A stretch of DNA of 64,000 nt from NCBI GenBank assembly GCA_918797485.1, contig CAKKNE010000006.1:1674001-1738000 (forward strand). Direction: 5' to 3'. The translations under genes were made by a program, and so were the position numbers. This document shows, piece by piece, positions 22,499 through 32,147 of this stretch (position 1 is its first letter; the number at the start of each line of letters is the position of its first letter). Source of the stretch: Pelagomonas calceolata (taxonomy: Eukaryota). The notes under the pieces were generated by a model. That model saw only the letters and a program-made list of their open reading frames with translations, ran no database searches and was not told the DNA's origin.

Positions 22499-22867
22499 AC
22501 TGGATGGCTCCCTGGATGGCTCCCGGTGCGCTGTCCGGAAAAAAAACCTGGCTAGGTCTAGAGCTAGGTCTGGTAGTCCGGGGCTTGGCGCATTGCTTCT
22601 ATATTATATTTTATATTGCAGGCTTAGGCATCCCTAGTGTCTTACAGGCCGCTAGCGCGCGAAGCCTAATGCGCGGGAGCCCTGGAAGCCATTTGTATCT
22701 GGCGGCTGAAAGACACTAGCCAGATCTGAGGCTGATCACCTGGGGGCTCCGCCCTCGCCAGCATCATAACAATTCAGTCACTGTGTAGGGGCTAGCTCTA
22801 TGCGCGACTCTCTCTCCCCCCCTCCGGGCCTCCCTCGGGACGGATACGACTCGTACGCGAAATATAT

Positions 22868-23647
22868 TTACTCGAGGCTGTCGAAGTTGGTCGCCTCGGC
22901 GGGCGGCGGCGGCGGCGGCGCGGCAGCCGCCGCGTCCCGGACCACCTCCTCGCAGGCCGCGACGGCCGCGCCGACGGGGTCCTCGACCGGCGCCGGCGGC
23001 GGCGCGTCCGGCCCGAGGCCGCCGAGCGCCTCCTCCACGGCGGCCCGGAGCCGCACCGCCTCGGGGTGGCCCGGCTGGTACTTCAGGAGGACGTCCAGGT
23101 CGGCGAGGCCCGCGCGCAGCGCCTCGGCGCCCCCGAGCTTCTCGCTCGCGACTGCGCGCCGCAGGCACGCCCGCAGGTGCAGGTCCGAGCCCCGGGCGGC
23201 GGCGGCCACGACCCGCGCGCAGTCGCGCCGGCAGTCCCGCCACCTGCCCATTTTCAGGTACGCGCCCGCGCGGTTCGCCACGGGCGCGAGGTACGCCCGG
23301 TCCAGTTGGCTCGCCGCGTCGTACTTCGCGACGGCAGCCGCGTAGTCCTGCGCGCCGTACGCCGCGTCGCCGGCCTCCTTGAGGTCGACGGCGGCCGCGA
23401 GCGCGCGGCCGCCGCCGCTCGCCTCGCCGCCCCCGCGGCCGCCGCGCAGCCGCCGCAGCGCCTCCTCGCGGCCCTCCTCGGGCCCGACGTAGATGAGGCC
23501 CTCGCCGTCGCAGCGCGCGCAGGTGACCGTGCGCCGGATGGGCAGCGACCCCTTGCCCGAGTCCGTCACGTGGCGCGTGCCCTCGCCGGAGCAGTCCATG
23601 CATATCTTCAGGTGGTCCAGGCGCGACGACGGCGTCGTGGTAGCCAT
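22868..23647 (-). CDS. TPR protein with N-terminal CxxCxGxG (DnaJ-like) zinc-binding repeats
   Basis: CMDCSGEG and CARCDGEG, followed by TPRs (LKEAGDAAY...NRAGAYLKMG...ACLRRAVA). Confidence 0.8.
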   Translation of the reverse strand: MATTTPSSRLDHLKICMDCSGEGTRHVTDSGKGSLPIRRTVTCARCDGEGLIYVGPEEGREEALRRLRGGRGGGEASGGGRALAAAVDLKEAGDAAYGAQDYAAAVAKYDAASQLDRAYLAPVANRAGAYLKMGRWRDCRRDCARVVAAAARGSDLHLRACLRRAVASEKLGGAEALRAGLADLDVLLKYQPGHPEAVRLRAAVEEALGGLGPDAPPPAPVEDPVGAAVAACEEVVRDAAAAAPPPPPPAEATNFDSLE

Positions 23648-23928
23648 GGAGCACGGGGAGACGGGAGGCAGCCCGGGACGGCGGGGCGCGAGTCGGCTTC
23701 TTGGACGCGCTCCGTTCCCTTTTCGGGGCCGGGCCGCCGGGGGTTTAGCTGCCCCTGCGGGTTTTTGGACCCACCAGGAGTCCCGGGCCGCGCGGCGGGA
23801 CCGTCAGCTCTGGAGCGCCGGGGTGCGCTCGCCCATATAAAAAAAACTCGCTCGCCGCTCGTCTGCTATGTATTCATAAGGACTAGGGACTCGTCCGCTG
23901 CGTAGAGTTGCCAGAGTCGGGCAGCCCC

Positions 23929-24390
23929 ATGTCGATCGCCTCGGCGGCCGGCCGGCCGACGCGCCTGCGGCCCGTCGAGGCGCGCCAGCCGGCGCGCGCG
24001 ACGGTCACGGCCGCCGCGCGGCGCGCCATGCAAGCTGCGGCCATCCCCGCCTCGCTCGAGGCGCACCGGGCCGCCGCGGCCGCGGCGCTCGCGCCGTCGC
24101 AGCTGCTGCCCGAGGACCGGCGGCCCTTCGTCGAGGCGCTGAGCCGCGCCGCGCTCGTCGCCGCGGCGCAGCGGCGGAGGCTCGTGGGTCGGGGCAAGCA
24201 CGGCGCCAGCGGGTCGACGGCGCGCATCTCCATGCGCTACCACGACCTGAGCTACGACGCGGCGCACCTCACCGAGGCCGTGCTCGAGGAGGCGCTCGAC
24301 GAGCCGGCGGCGGGGCGCGTCGTCGTCGCGGCGCCGGCGCGGGTCCGGCCCCGGCGAAGCGCGAAGGCCGCTCGGCAGTCCGATGTGTAA
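23929..24390 (+). CDS. Hypothetical protein
   Basis: GC3-biased ORF between two lower-GC spacers; no recognisable family. Confidence 0.5.
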   Translation: MSIASAAGRPTRLRPVEARQPARATVTAAARRAMQAAAIPASLEAHRAAAAAALAPSQLLPEDRRPFVEALSRAALVAAAQRRRLVGRGKHGASGSTARISMRYHDLSYDAAHLTEAVLEEALDEPAAGRVVVAAPARVRPRRSAKAARQSDV

Positions 24391-24630
24391 TTTAGTGTCG
24401 CTTCTTCGAAGCCCGGTCGGGGGCGCAAGCGCCAAGCGCCAAGCGCTGAGATTAAACATATCATCTCCGGCGCCCCGGGGCCGGGGCCCCGCCGAGTCTT
24501 CGTCTCTTCTCATTTGTTTGGCTTAGAGCTAGGCCGCCTAGCAGCCGCGGAGCCGACGCCTCCCTGCGTGACCTAACATATCCCGTCGACGGGATATGTT
24601 ATACGGCGGGATATAAATAAAATTAAAATA

Positions 24631-24818
24631 AATATGACGAACGCGGATTGTCTGGCTTTGTTGATGGGAGATGATCCGCCCCAGGAGATTGAGAATTTGC
24701 TCTACCGTTTCTTGACGTCGCTTTTTAGGCGCCGGCTGGGTATCCTAGCCGCGCAGGGAGAAGGCCTCTAGAGGCTTGGTGTATGTCCTTTTTCTTTAGG
24801 ATATTCCTTCCTTAATTA
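24631..24818 (+). mobile_element. 5'-truncated LINE-like 3' end (family A)
   Basis: Near-identical to 28128-28318. Encodes MTNADCLALLMGDDPPQEIENLLYRFLTSLFRRRLGILAAQGEGL* followed by a pyrimidine-rich UTR and AT tail. Confidence 0.65.
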
Positions 24819-24960
24819 TAAATAAGGGCCGGGGGCGGGGCGGGCGTGCGGTCAAGGGAGGCGTCGGCCCCGCGGCTAGGCTGCCCAGCTCTAAGCAAAG
24901 CAAAAAGTAATGTGTTTAGACCGCCCGCCCGCCCCGCCCCTATTTAGTTCCTAGTATTTA

Positions 24961-26598
24961 TCAGTCCGGGGCCCCCGCCGCCGTGCCGTCGCCGTAGCCC
25001 GGGACGAACGCGCGGTAGGGGAAGAGGGACTGGTGGCCGTCGGACCAGCCCACGGCGAGCGCGTAGTTGCCCGTCCGCTTCAGCGTGAGGGGCACGACGT
25101 CGGCCGGCGGCGGCGGCCGCGACCGCGCGCGGCCGCTGTTCTCGTCGACGCAGAGCGCGCAGCGGCACCGCCGGTACAGGTCCAGCGGCGCCAGGCGCGC
25201 CGTCCGGTTCGCGTGGCCGACGACGAACGCGGCGCCGTCGAACTCGACCGCCGGCGGCGCCGGGCGCCCCCGCGCGAGGAACTCCATCAGGTGCCGCGCG
25301 AGGTCGTCGTACGCCGCGAGCGCCGCGCGCTCCGCGGGCGCCTCGCGCGGGCCCGCGAACCCGACGGGCGTCGGCCCGAGGGCGGGCAGCAGCGGCACCT
25401 CGACGACGTCCTCGATGCCCCACATGTCCCGCAGCTTCCGCGCCGACGACGCGCCGAACAGGTCGAGGGGCGCCTCGAGCAGCGCCGCGAGCTCCGCCGC
25501 CGCCGCGGCCGATAGGCCGTGCCGCGCCGCGAAGGCCGCGGCCTTGGCCCCGCCGCGCGCGTCGGCCACGCTGCCCATGTTCTCCACGACGCCCACGACC
25601 GGCACGTCGACCTCGTCGAAGAGCGCGATGCCCTTGACGACGTCCGCGAACGCCAGCGGCGACGGCGTCGTCACGACGACGGCGCCGTCGAAGTCCAGGA
25701 CCTGCGCCAGCGTCAGCTGCGCGTCGCCCGTGCCCGGCGGGCAGTCGACGAGCAGCACGTCCAGCCGGCGCCACGCGACGGACGCGCAGAGCTGCTGCAC
25801 GACGCCCGCGAGGCGGCTCCCGCGCATGTACGCCGGGGCGTCGTTCAGGTACCCGAAGGACATCGCCGCGAAGCCCCGCGCCTCGAACGGCTCCAGCAGC
25901 TCGCGCCCGTCCTCGCCGACCTCGGGCGCGAGGCGCACGGTCGCGTCGGCGGGCGGGCCCAGCAGCGCCGGCAGCGACGGGCCGTGGACGTCGGCGTCGC
26001 AGACGCCCACGCGCAGGCCCCGCCGCTGCAGCGCCGCCGCCAGGTTGACGCAGGTCGTCGACTTGCCGACGCCGCCCTTGCAGCTCGACACGGCGACGAC
26101 GTGCCGCACGCCCCGCAGCGCCGCGCCGGTCCGGTAGTTGCCGAGGCCCGGGTCGTAGGCGTCGCTCCGGAGCGGGTTCCCCCCCGCGTCCGCCCCGGCC
26201 TCGACCGCCGCCGCCGGCGCCGCCGCCGGCGCCGCGGCCGCGTCCGTCACCCTGACTTCGCACGCCGCGTCGAGCGTCCCGTCCGCGACCAGCGCGTCGC
26301 GGCACGCGCGCGCCGCGGCGGCGCACGCCGCGACGATCGCGTCCGCGTCGTCCTTCGGCGCGAGCGCGAGCTCGACGCCGAGTTCGGCGCTCGTCGCGCG
26401 CACGCCGGCAACGACGCCCGCCGCGACGACGTCGTCTTCGTCGGTGTAGGCCACGCCGCGCAGCGCGTCGACGACGCCGACCTTGACCACGAATTCGTCC
26501 GCCGCGCTCAGCGCCGCGCAGGGCGTCGCGCGCCGCCGGCGCGCCCCTGGGTGCTGCAACGCGTGCGCCGCAGCCCACGCTAGCGCCAGGTAGCGCAT
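24961..26598 (-). CDS. HCF101: HCF101-like plastid Fe-S cluster assembly P-loop NTPase (Mrp/NBP35 family)
   Basis: Signal peptide MRYLALAWAAAHAL; VSSCKGGVGKST, DADVHGPSLP, DCPPGTGD and VENM motifs; C-terminal CRCALCVDE and GNYA...WSDGH (DUF971-like). Confidence 0.9.
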   Translation of the reverse strand: MRYLALAWAAAHALQHPGARRRRATPCAALSAADEFVVKVGVVDALRGVAYTDEDDVVAAGVVAGVRATSAELGVELALAPKDDADAIVAACAAAARACRDALVADGTLDAACEVRVTDAAAAPAAAPAAAVEAGADAGGNPLRSDAYDPGLGNYRTGAALRGVRHVVAVSSCKGGVGKSTTCVNLAAALQRRGLRVGVCDADVHGPSLPALLGPPADATVRLAPEVGEDGRELLEPFEARGFAAMSFGYLNDAPAYMRGSRLAGVVQQLCASVAWRRLDVLLVDCPPGTGDAQLTLAQVLDFDGAVVVTTPSPLAFADVVKGIALFDEVDVPVVGVVENMGSVADARGGAKAAAFAARHGLSAAAAAELAALLEAPLDLFGASSARKLRDMWGIEDVVEVPLLPALGPTPVGFAGPREAPAERAALAAYDDLARHLMEFLARGRPAPPAVEFDGAAFVVGHANRTARLAPLDLYRRCRCALCVDENSGRARSRPPPPADVVPLTLKRTGNYALAVGWSDGHQSLFPYRAFVPGYGDGTAAGAPD

Positions 26599-27034
26599 TG
26601 TGGCGCTGGCGCACCCCGACAACCCGCAACCTTGTGGCGCTTGGCGGAAGTGCGAGGCAGGTGGCAGCGCTGCGCCGCGAAATGGAAAGTTAGAGCGCTG
26701 AGCCGGGACGCTGGTCGACAGGACCGCGGGCTGATCAATGAAAACCCCCCCCTCCAAGCTCTAGTACGCCCCAAAGCCCCCCTTCGAGACGCGCGAGGCA
26801 TCACGCGCGGAGTCTGGGCCCGGCAGCGCACCGGAACCCATACGAAGCCTGCTCTAAACGGCCGCACTCGCGACACGCAAACCCGTCGAGGGTCCGTCCG
26901 GCTGCGCTGGCCAGCTGGGGCCCCGGGGCTCTATCCCACCTGAGAGCCACTGGCTTGCGCCCCCTCGTTGGTTTGCAAACGAAGACTTGTGCCGGCCCAT
27001 ATCAAGGAGGCGCTATACATTGAAGCGCTAAGCG

Positions 27035-27901
27035 ATGGAGGCCCTGGCCTGCTGCGAGATCCGCGAGGAGGAGGATAGCCGTGGGCAGCGCGTCGCGGGC
27101 ATGGTACAACCGCTGCGGCCGGCGCTCGCCGAGTCGACGGCGGCGCTCGCGGAGATGACGGCGAGGCTCGGCGGCGCCGCCGGCGCCGGCGCCGCCGGCG
27201 CCGCCGCGGCGCGTGTCGCGGAGTTCGTCGAGGCGGCGGTCGGCGACGTGGCGCCGCCCGCGGCGGTGGCGCCGCCAACGCCGCCGCCGGCGTCGCACGC
27301 CGAGGTCATGGCGCGCCTCGACGCGCTCGCGGCCCAGGAGGAGGCCGCGGGCGCGCGCGCGCGGCGCGCGCGCGCGACGGTCGGCGGCGCGGGCTGGCGC
27401 GGCGGGTTCCTCGGCGCCAAGGGAAAGGGCCGACCGGGCCCGGCGGCGCCGAATCCCGCGCTCGACAGCACGCCGGCCGCGGCGGCGCTGATGCAGCGCG
27501 GCCCGCGCGCGCGCGGCGGACTCGGTGCCGCGGCGGCGCCGGCCGCGGCGGCGCCGGCGGCCGCCGCAGCGCCGCCGCCGGCCCCGGAGAGCCGCGACGC
27601 CTGGCGGCGCGGCTTTCTAGACCGCCAGGACGCGCCGGCGGCGCGGGTGGTGGCGAGCGCGTCGAAACCAACGATCGGCGCGGCCGCTCGGCCGGCGAAC
27701 GCGAGCGCGGCCGCTCCGCCGGCGAACGCGAACCCGTGCGTCCGCCGCGTCGTCGAGCGCCCGGCGGCCGCGACCCGGTCGCGGCCCCGGTCGCGGCCGC
27801 CCGTCTTCGACGGCCGGCCACCGGGCGCCCCGCTGCCGCGGCGCGCGCGCGCACCCGCGGCCGGCGAGTCGCTGTTCGCCCGCGAACGGGCCGGGAACTA
27901 A
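27035..27901 (+). CDS. Low-complexity hypothetical protein with short motifs (EIREE, W..GFL x2, VVER, SLF..R) reminiscent of URI/Bud27 or RPAP1-type termini
   Basis: GC3-biased 288-aa ORF; the family resemblance is tentative. Confidence 0.5.
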   Translation: MEALACCEIREEEDSRGQRVAGMVQPLRPALAESTAALAEMTARLGGAAGAGAAGAAAARVAEFVEAAVGDVAPPAAVAPPTPPPASHAEVMARLDALAAQEEAAGARARRARATVGGAGWRGGFLGAKGKGRPGPAAPNPALDSTPAAAALMQRGPRARGGLGAAAAPAAAAPAAAAAPPPAPESRDAWRRGFLDRQDAPAARVVASASKPTIGAAARPANASAAAPPANANPCVRRVVERPAAATRSRPRSRPPVFDGRPPGAPLPRRARAPAAGESLFARERAGN

Positions 27902-27934
27902 CGAACGGCGCACTTTTCCTCGTTGGCCATTCCC

Positions 27935-29045
27935 TAAGTAGGTCGTATGTACTAGATACCTTATTGCTATTTCGAAGCTCCGGTTGGGCATCCTGACCGA
28001 GCAGGGAGAAGGCCCTTAGGAGCTTGTTCCTTTTTTAGGTCTTCCTTAATTTATTTATTTATTTATTTATTTACTAAGTATTTATTTATTTTTCCAGAAA
28101 TTAGAAACGAATTTACCCGAGACGCACAATATGACGAACGCGGGTTGTCTGGCTTTATTGATGGGAGATGACCCGCCCCAGGAGATTGAGAATTTGTTTT
28201 ATCGTTTCTTGACGTCTCTTTTTAGGCGCCGGCTGGGTATCTAGCCGCGCAGGGAGAAGGCCTCTAGAGGGAGGCTTGGTGTATGTCCTTTTCCTTTAGG
28301 ATATTCCTTCCTTAATTATTTATTTATTCATTTATTTTACTGATGTTACGGTGCTAGGACTAGTGGGCGGAGCCCCTGGGGGGAGACACCGCGCGTCGCC
28401 GATTCATCGGCGGCGGGCACGTGCCGCGTTTTCATAACGGTATACCTCCTTCTAAGCAGAACCGCCTCGGCAACCCCCCCGAACAATGTGCAACGACTTC
28501 CCGCAGGCGACCTTGGACAGGTCTCGGCGACGCGTTCGGCACCGTACACTCCAACAGGCCGGTAGGCACTCGGCCCGAACCCTTGACAATCGCCACGCCC
28601 CACTCCCGGTAGATCTGGGCCTGAATCACGGCCGCGTCGGCTGCGACCAGTAAGACACTAGGGGTGCCTAGGCTCCAGGCCCTGCCCAGGACTGGCCGAG
28701 GGGCCCGCAACGCACGCTTCTACGACCGGCAACAAGCTTACGTACACGCTCGCGGGGGATAGCTCCCCCGTCACCCCTCCCTAGGTGTGTGGCTTCGAAA
28801 CCCGAATTGACTATGGCTATTTCGTCTAGGTAGGCTCTATATTGAAGTTTTAATCCGTGTGCCTGGCGATGAGTCAGTTCGGCAATGAGCCAATCTGAGG
28901 AGATACCGTCTCCCGTAGGCTAGCGGCCTGTAAGACACTAGGCATGCCCAGGGAAAGACTCAAGACGGCGCGCGAGTGCCCGAAGCCACGGCCTCCGGCT
29001 CGTCGGCGGCAACCCGGACTTCACCAACGCGCCCAGGCACGGGCA
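27935..29045. mobile_element. Cluster of stacked retroelement 3' ends and dispersed repeats
   Basis: Two family-A LINE tails with (TTTA)n (27935-28092, 28093-28340); a minus-strand ...IYREWGVAIVKG... fragment (28432-28650); copies of the 6545-6810 element (28711-28777, 28961-29042); a CCCGAATTGACTAT repeat at 28801. Confidence 0.65.
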
Positions 29046-29082
29046 AGCACTACAGACATCAGCAACCGCCAAAAAACTAGAG

Positions 29083-29868
29083 ATGCGGGCCGCACGCCTC
29101 GCGGCGAGGGCAACGCGGGGCGCGCCTCGCCTGACGCTGCGCGGCGCGTCGACGGTCAGCGAGGCGGAGGTGGCCAAGTTCGGCGCCGTCGTCTGGGCCG
29201 ACCCGACCAGCGCGAGCGGCGCCGGCCCGCTGCACGCGCTGAACCCCGCGCGCGCGGACTACGTGCGGGCGCAGGCCGGCGGCCTGCGCGGGAAGCGGGT
29301 GGCGGACGTCGGCTGCGGCGGCGGGCTCCTCGCGCGCGCGCTCGCGGCCGCGGGCGCCGACGTCGTGGGCCTCGACGCGAGCCCGCGCGCCGCCGCCGCC
29401 GCGGCCGCGCGCGCGGCGGCGGGGCCGCGCTTCGCCGTGGTCGCGGGCGCGCCCGAGGCGCTGCTCGCGGACGGGACGCTCTCGGAGGCGACGTTCGACG
29501 TCGTGTGCGCGCTCGAGGTGCTCGAGCACGTCGCCGACGACGGCGCGTTCGTCGCCGCGTGCGCGCGCCTCGCGCGGGCCGGCGGCGACGTGTTCCTCTC
29601 GACGCTCAACCGGACGCCGCTCGCCGCGGCCGCCTCCATTACTATCGCGGAGGGCGCGCTGGGCCTCCTGCCGCGCGGCACGCACGACGCGGCCAAGTTC
29701 CGGACGCCGGGCGACGTCGCCGCGCTGCTGGGCGCCGCGGGCTGCCGCGTGCGCGACGCGCGCGCGCTGCACTTCGCTCCCGCGCCGCGGGGCCCCGGCG
29801 CGGCCTGGCTCGGCGGCGACGCGCGCGGCGCCGTCAACTTCGTCGTGCACGCGACGCGGGAGGCGTGA
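29083..29868 (+). CDS. COQ3: Ubiquinone biosynthesis O-methyltransferase (UbiG/COQ3)
   Basis: EVAKF, PLHALNPAR, DVGCGGGLL, EVLEHV, STLNRT and LLPRGTHD motifs; mitochondrial-type presequence. Confidence 0.93.
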   Translation: MRAARLAARATRGAPRLTLRGASTVSEAEVAKFGAVVWADPTSASGAGPLHALNPARADYVRAQAGGLRGKRVADVGCGGGLLARALAAAGADVVGLDASPRAAAAAAARAAAGPRFAVVAGAPEALLADGTLSEATFDVVCALEVLEHVADDGAFVAACARLARAGGDVFLSTLNRTPLAAAASITIAEGALGLLPRGTHDAAKFRTPGDVAALLGAAGCRVRDARALHFAPAPRGPGAAWLGGDARGAVNFVVHATREA

Positions 29869-30157
29869 GGGCCCGCGAGGCCGCCCCGCGTGCGTGGTCC
29901 TGCGGAATGCGGTCGTTTGGCCCGGTGGTGCGATCGTCGTGGCGCCCCCTCGCTGGCCCACAACAGGCGCGTCGCAATAGTAATGAGAAGTGCACTGTTA
30001 GCCTAGTAGATCGATCCCTGTCGAGTAGAGACTAAGTATAGACCACTGGCACGACTCCTCCGCTCCGAGAAACCAGGGTAAACCCGAAATTACGTCGCAA
30101 AGGACCTAGGCGCGTCAGCGGCTCGGGAGGCGTGATCTAACCGCGACAGGACCGATC

Positions 30158-31657
30158 CTACGAGGTGAAGGCCTCCTGGAAGCCGGCCTCGGCGTCCGCG
30201 AGCCACTTGTCGCAGCGCTCGGCGGCCGTTTTCTCTTTCAGCTTCGCGAACCACTTGATCGACGGCCGCGGGCACTCGTCGCGGGCGATGGGGCCCGCGA
30301 GCTTGTCGTAGACGATCCGCGCGCCGGCGGCCTTCAGGGAATCGTGCGCGGAGAGGTAGCGCGAGAAGTAGCACAACGCATGTTCCAGGTCCACCGCGGT
30401 GAGCCGCTTGCGCGCGCCGTCGGCGTCCCGCTGGAAGGGGAAGCGCAGCCCCAGCGCCTGGAACTGCGCCTCGGAGTTCTCGGCCAACCACGCGAGGCGT
30501 TTTACCGCCTCGCTCTTGCCGAGCTGCACGCCCCCCCACATCTTTTTTACGACGCCCTCCGGGCCCGGCCCGCACAGGCAAAACGACTTCATCGTCGTGG
30601 CGTCGAGGTTCGGCGCAAATCTCGAGACGTCGCCCTCGCAGACCCCGAAGAAGAACGTGCACAAGGCCTGTCCTCCCACGTAATCACCGACGCCGGACAA
30701 GGTCAAGACCGCTTTGCACGCGTCCTTCCAGGACCGGGCCGCCCTCAACGCCGCGACGACCTTGTCGATTTCGTACAGGCGCGCCGGCAGGTACTTCAAC
30801 AGGCGCTTGCCCTGGTTCTGGAACGAGCCCGCGAACTTCGGCGTGTCGAGGTCCCAGAGGCGCTCCGCGAAGGCCACGAAGCTCACGACCTCCTCGCGCG
30901 ACGACGGAAAGTTCGCGCCGCCGAGCCCGCCGAATTTCGACGGTGCGCGGAACCCGCCCTCCGGCGTCGTCGCCGTCCAGGCCTTGTTCACGCCGAGGAG
31001 CCAGTTGTCCATCTCGTGGACGCACATTAATACGGCTTGGCCGACCCAGGCGTCGCTGCCCTGTTCTATCCCCGCGTGCTCCAGCTTCGCGCGGACGAAG
31101 TCGCCCATCGTGACCGTGCCCGAGTCGAGGCCCCGGCCGACGTTGCCCATCTTGCACAGGCTCTGAATCAGCGGGCCGTGGTCGAAGCCGTCTTTGCCCG
31201 CCTTCGGCAACACCGCTGCCGGGAGCGCCTTGCCGTCGGCGCTCACGACGGCTTCCGACGGGTACATGAGGCGCCGCGTCGTCGCGCGGTGGTACAGGAA
31301 CTGGTAAACGAGCTTGCAGAGGCGCTGGTCCTCGGGCGGGCCGCAGGGCTTCGCCGAATCCGTGGTCCTGGCGCGCCTCTCGGGCGCCGCGGTCGTGGTC
31401 TTCGCGCGCTTCTTGGGCGGCGCCGGCTCGGCCGGGCGCCAGGGCTCGCCGTCGCCGCTGTCGCACGGCACGTCGGCGCCGGCGCGGAATGGTTCTTCCT
31501 GCAATATTTGATAGTGCGTTTCCCCATCAGTATAGGCGATTTTGAGCTTGGCATCGCGCTCCGCCTCTATTTTGCCGAGATACCATTGCGCTTCGCCGGC
31601 CCAGTACACCTCGACCCAGCGGCCGGGAAGCGCGCCGGCATCTTCCGGCTCCTCCAT
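30158..31657 (-). CDS. Tudor-like domain fused to a 5-hmU DNA kinase-like (aGPT-Pplase1) helical domain
   Basis: N-terminal WVEVYWAGEAQWYLGKI...IAYTDGETH (Tudor-like). Then PLIQSLCKMGNVGRGLDSGT, FAGSFQ, LSGVGDYVGGQ, FCLCGPGP and DLEHALCYFSRY, collinear with the recalled family motifs PIL..YKFTNV.RE.D.GT, F..AY, G.G.F.AYQ, GPGA and E..LCE..KY. Confidence 0.75.
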   Translation of the reverse strand: MEEPEDAGALPGRWVEVYWAGEAQWYLGKIEAERDAKLKIAYTDGETHYQILQEEPFRAGADVPCDSGDGEPWRPAEPAPPKKRAKTTTAAPERRARTTDSAKPCGPPEDQRLCKLVYQFLYHRATTRRLMYPSEAVVSADGKALPAAVLPKAGKDGFDHGPLIQSLCKMGNVGRGLDSGTVTMGDFVRAKLEHAGIEQGSDAWVGQAVLMCVHEMDNWLLGVNKAWTATTPEGGFRAPSKFGGLGGANFPSSREEVVSFVAFAERLWDLDTPKFAGSFQNQGKRLLKYLPARLYEIDKVVAALRAARSWKDACKAVLTLSGVGDYVGGQALCTFFFGVCEGDVSRFAPNLDATTMKSFCLCGPGPEGVVKKMWGGVQLGKSEAVKRLAWLAENSEAQFQALGLRFPFQRDADGARKRLTAVDLEHALCYFSRYLSAHDSLKAAGARIVYDKLAGPIARDECPRPSIKWFAKLKEKTAAERCDKWLADAEAGFQEAFTS

Positions 31658-32102
31658 GTTTTCTCGCGATGTGTTTTTTGAATGATAATATCTTTGCCCG
31701 ACTGGATTTACTGCGTCAAATTTGCGGTCGCGAGAGTGTGACCTCCGCTGGCGATTTTTTGGCGCCGGCCCCTCCACCGGGCTCCCGCTTAAGAGGCTAA
31801 CTTGAGTTTGAAAAGCTGCCGTCTGCCTATGGCCTACGGTACTCTACTCTGGAGACTTAATAACGCCCCAGTGTAAACCAGTTTATAATAAAACACTCTC
31901 GTAGCGGGTTTGGCCCAGCCTCTGGCGGCGAGCTAGGACCCTGCTACTTTACATAACGCTGCGACATACTCTTGCTAGGTTATGGGCCCACAAGGTTCCG
32001 CCTACTACTGACGAACTTCGGAAGAGCCTGAGTGCCAGTGTTTTTGAAATCTCTTGTCTCCTGTACAAAAGCTTGGCGAAAGCATGTGCTTGTGCAAATG
32101 GA

Positions 32103-32147
32103 AATAATGACGATAATGACGATAATGACGATAATGACGATAATGAC
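32103..32147 (+). repeat. Tandem 9-mer (ATAATGACG) x~5
   Basis: aataatgacgataatgacgataatgacgataatgacgataatgac. Confidence 0.9.

Noticed and set aside
530..22719. Very long alternative-frame and antisense ORFs (530-5998 -, 901-6234 +, 16174-22719 +, 16976-21766 -)
   Set aside because: Arg/Gly/Ala-rich shadow frames expected from extreme GC3 bias; they overlap better-supported genes and have no motifs.
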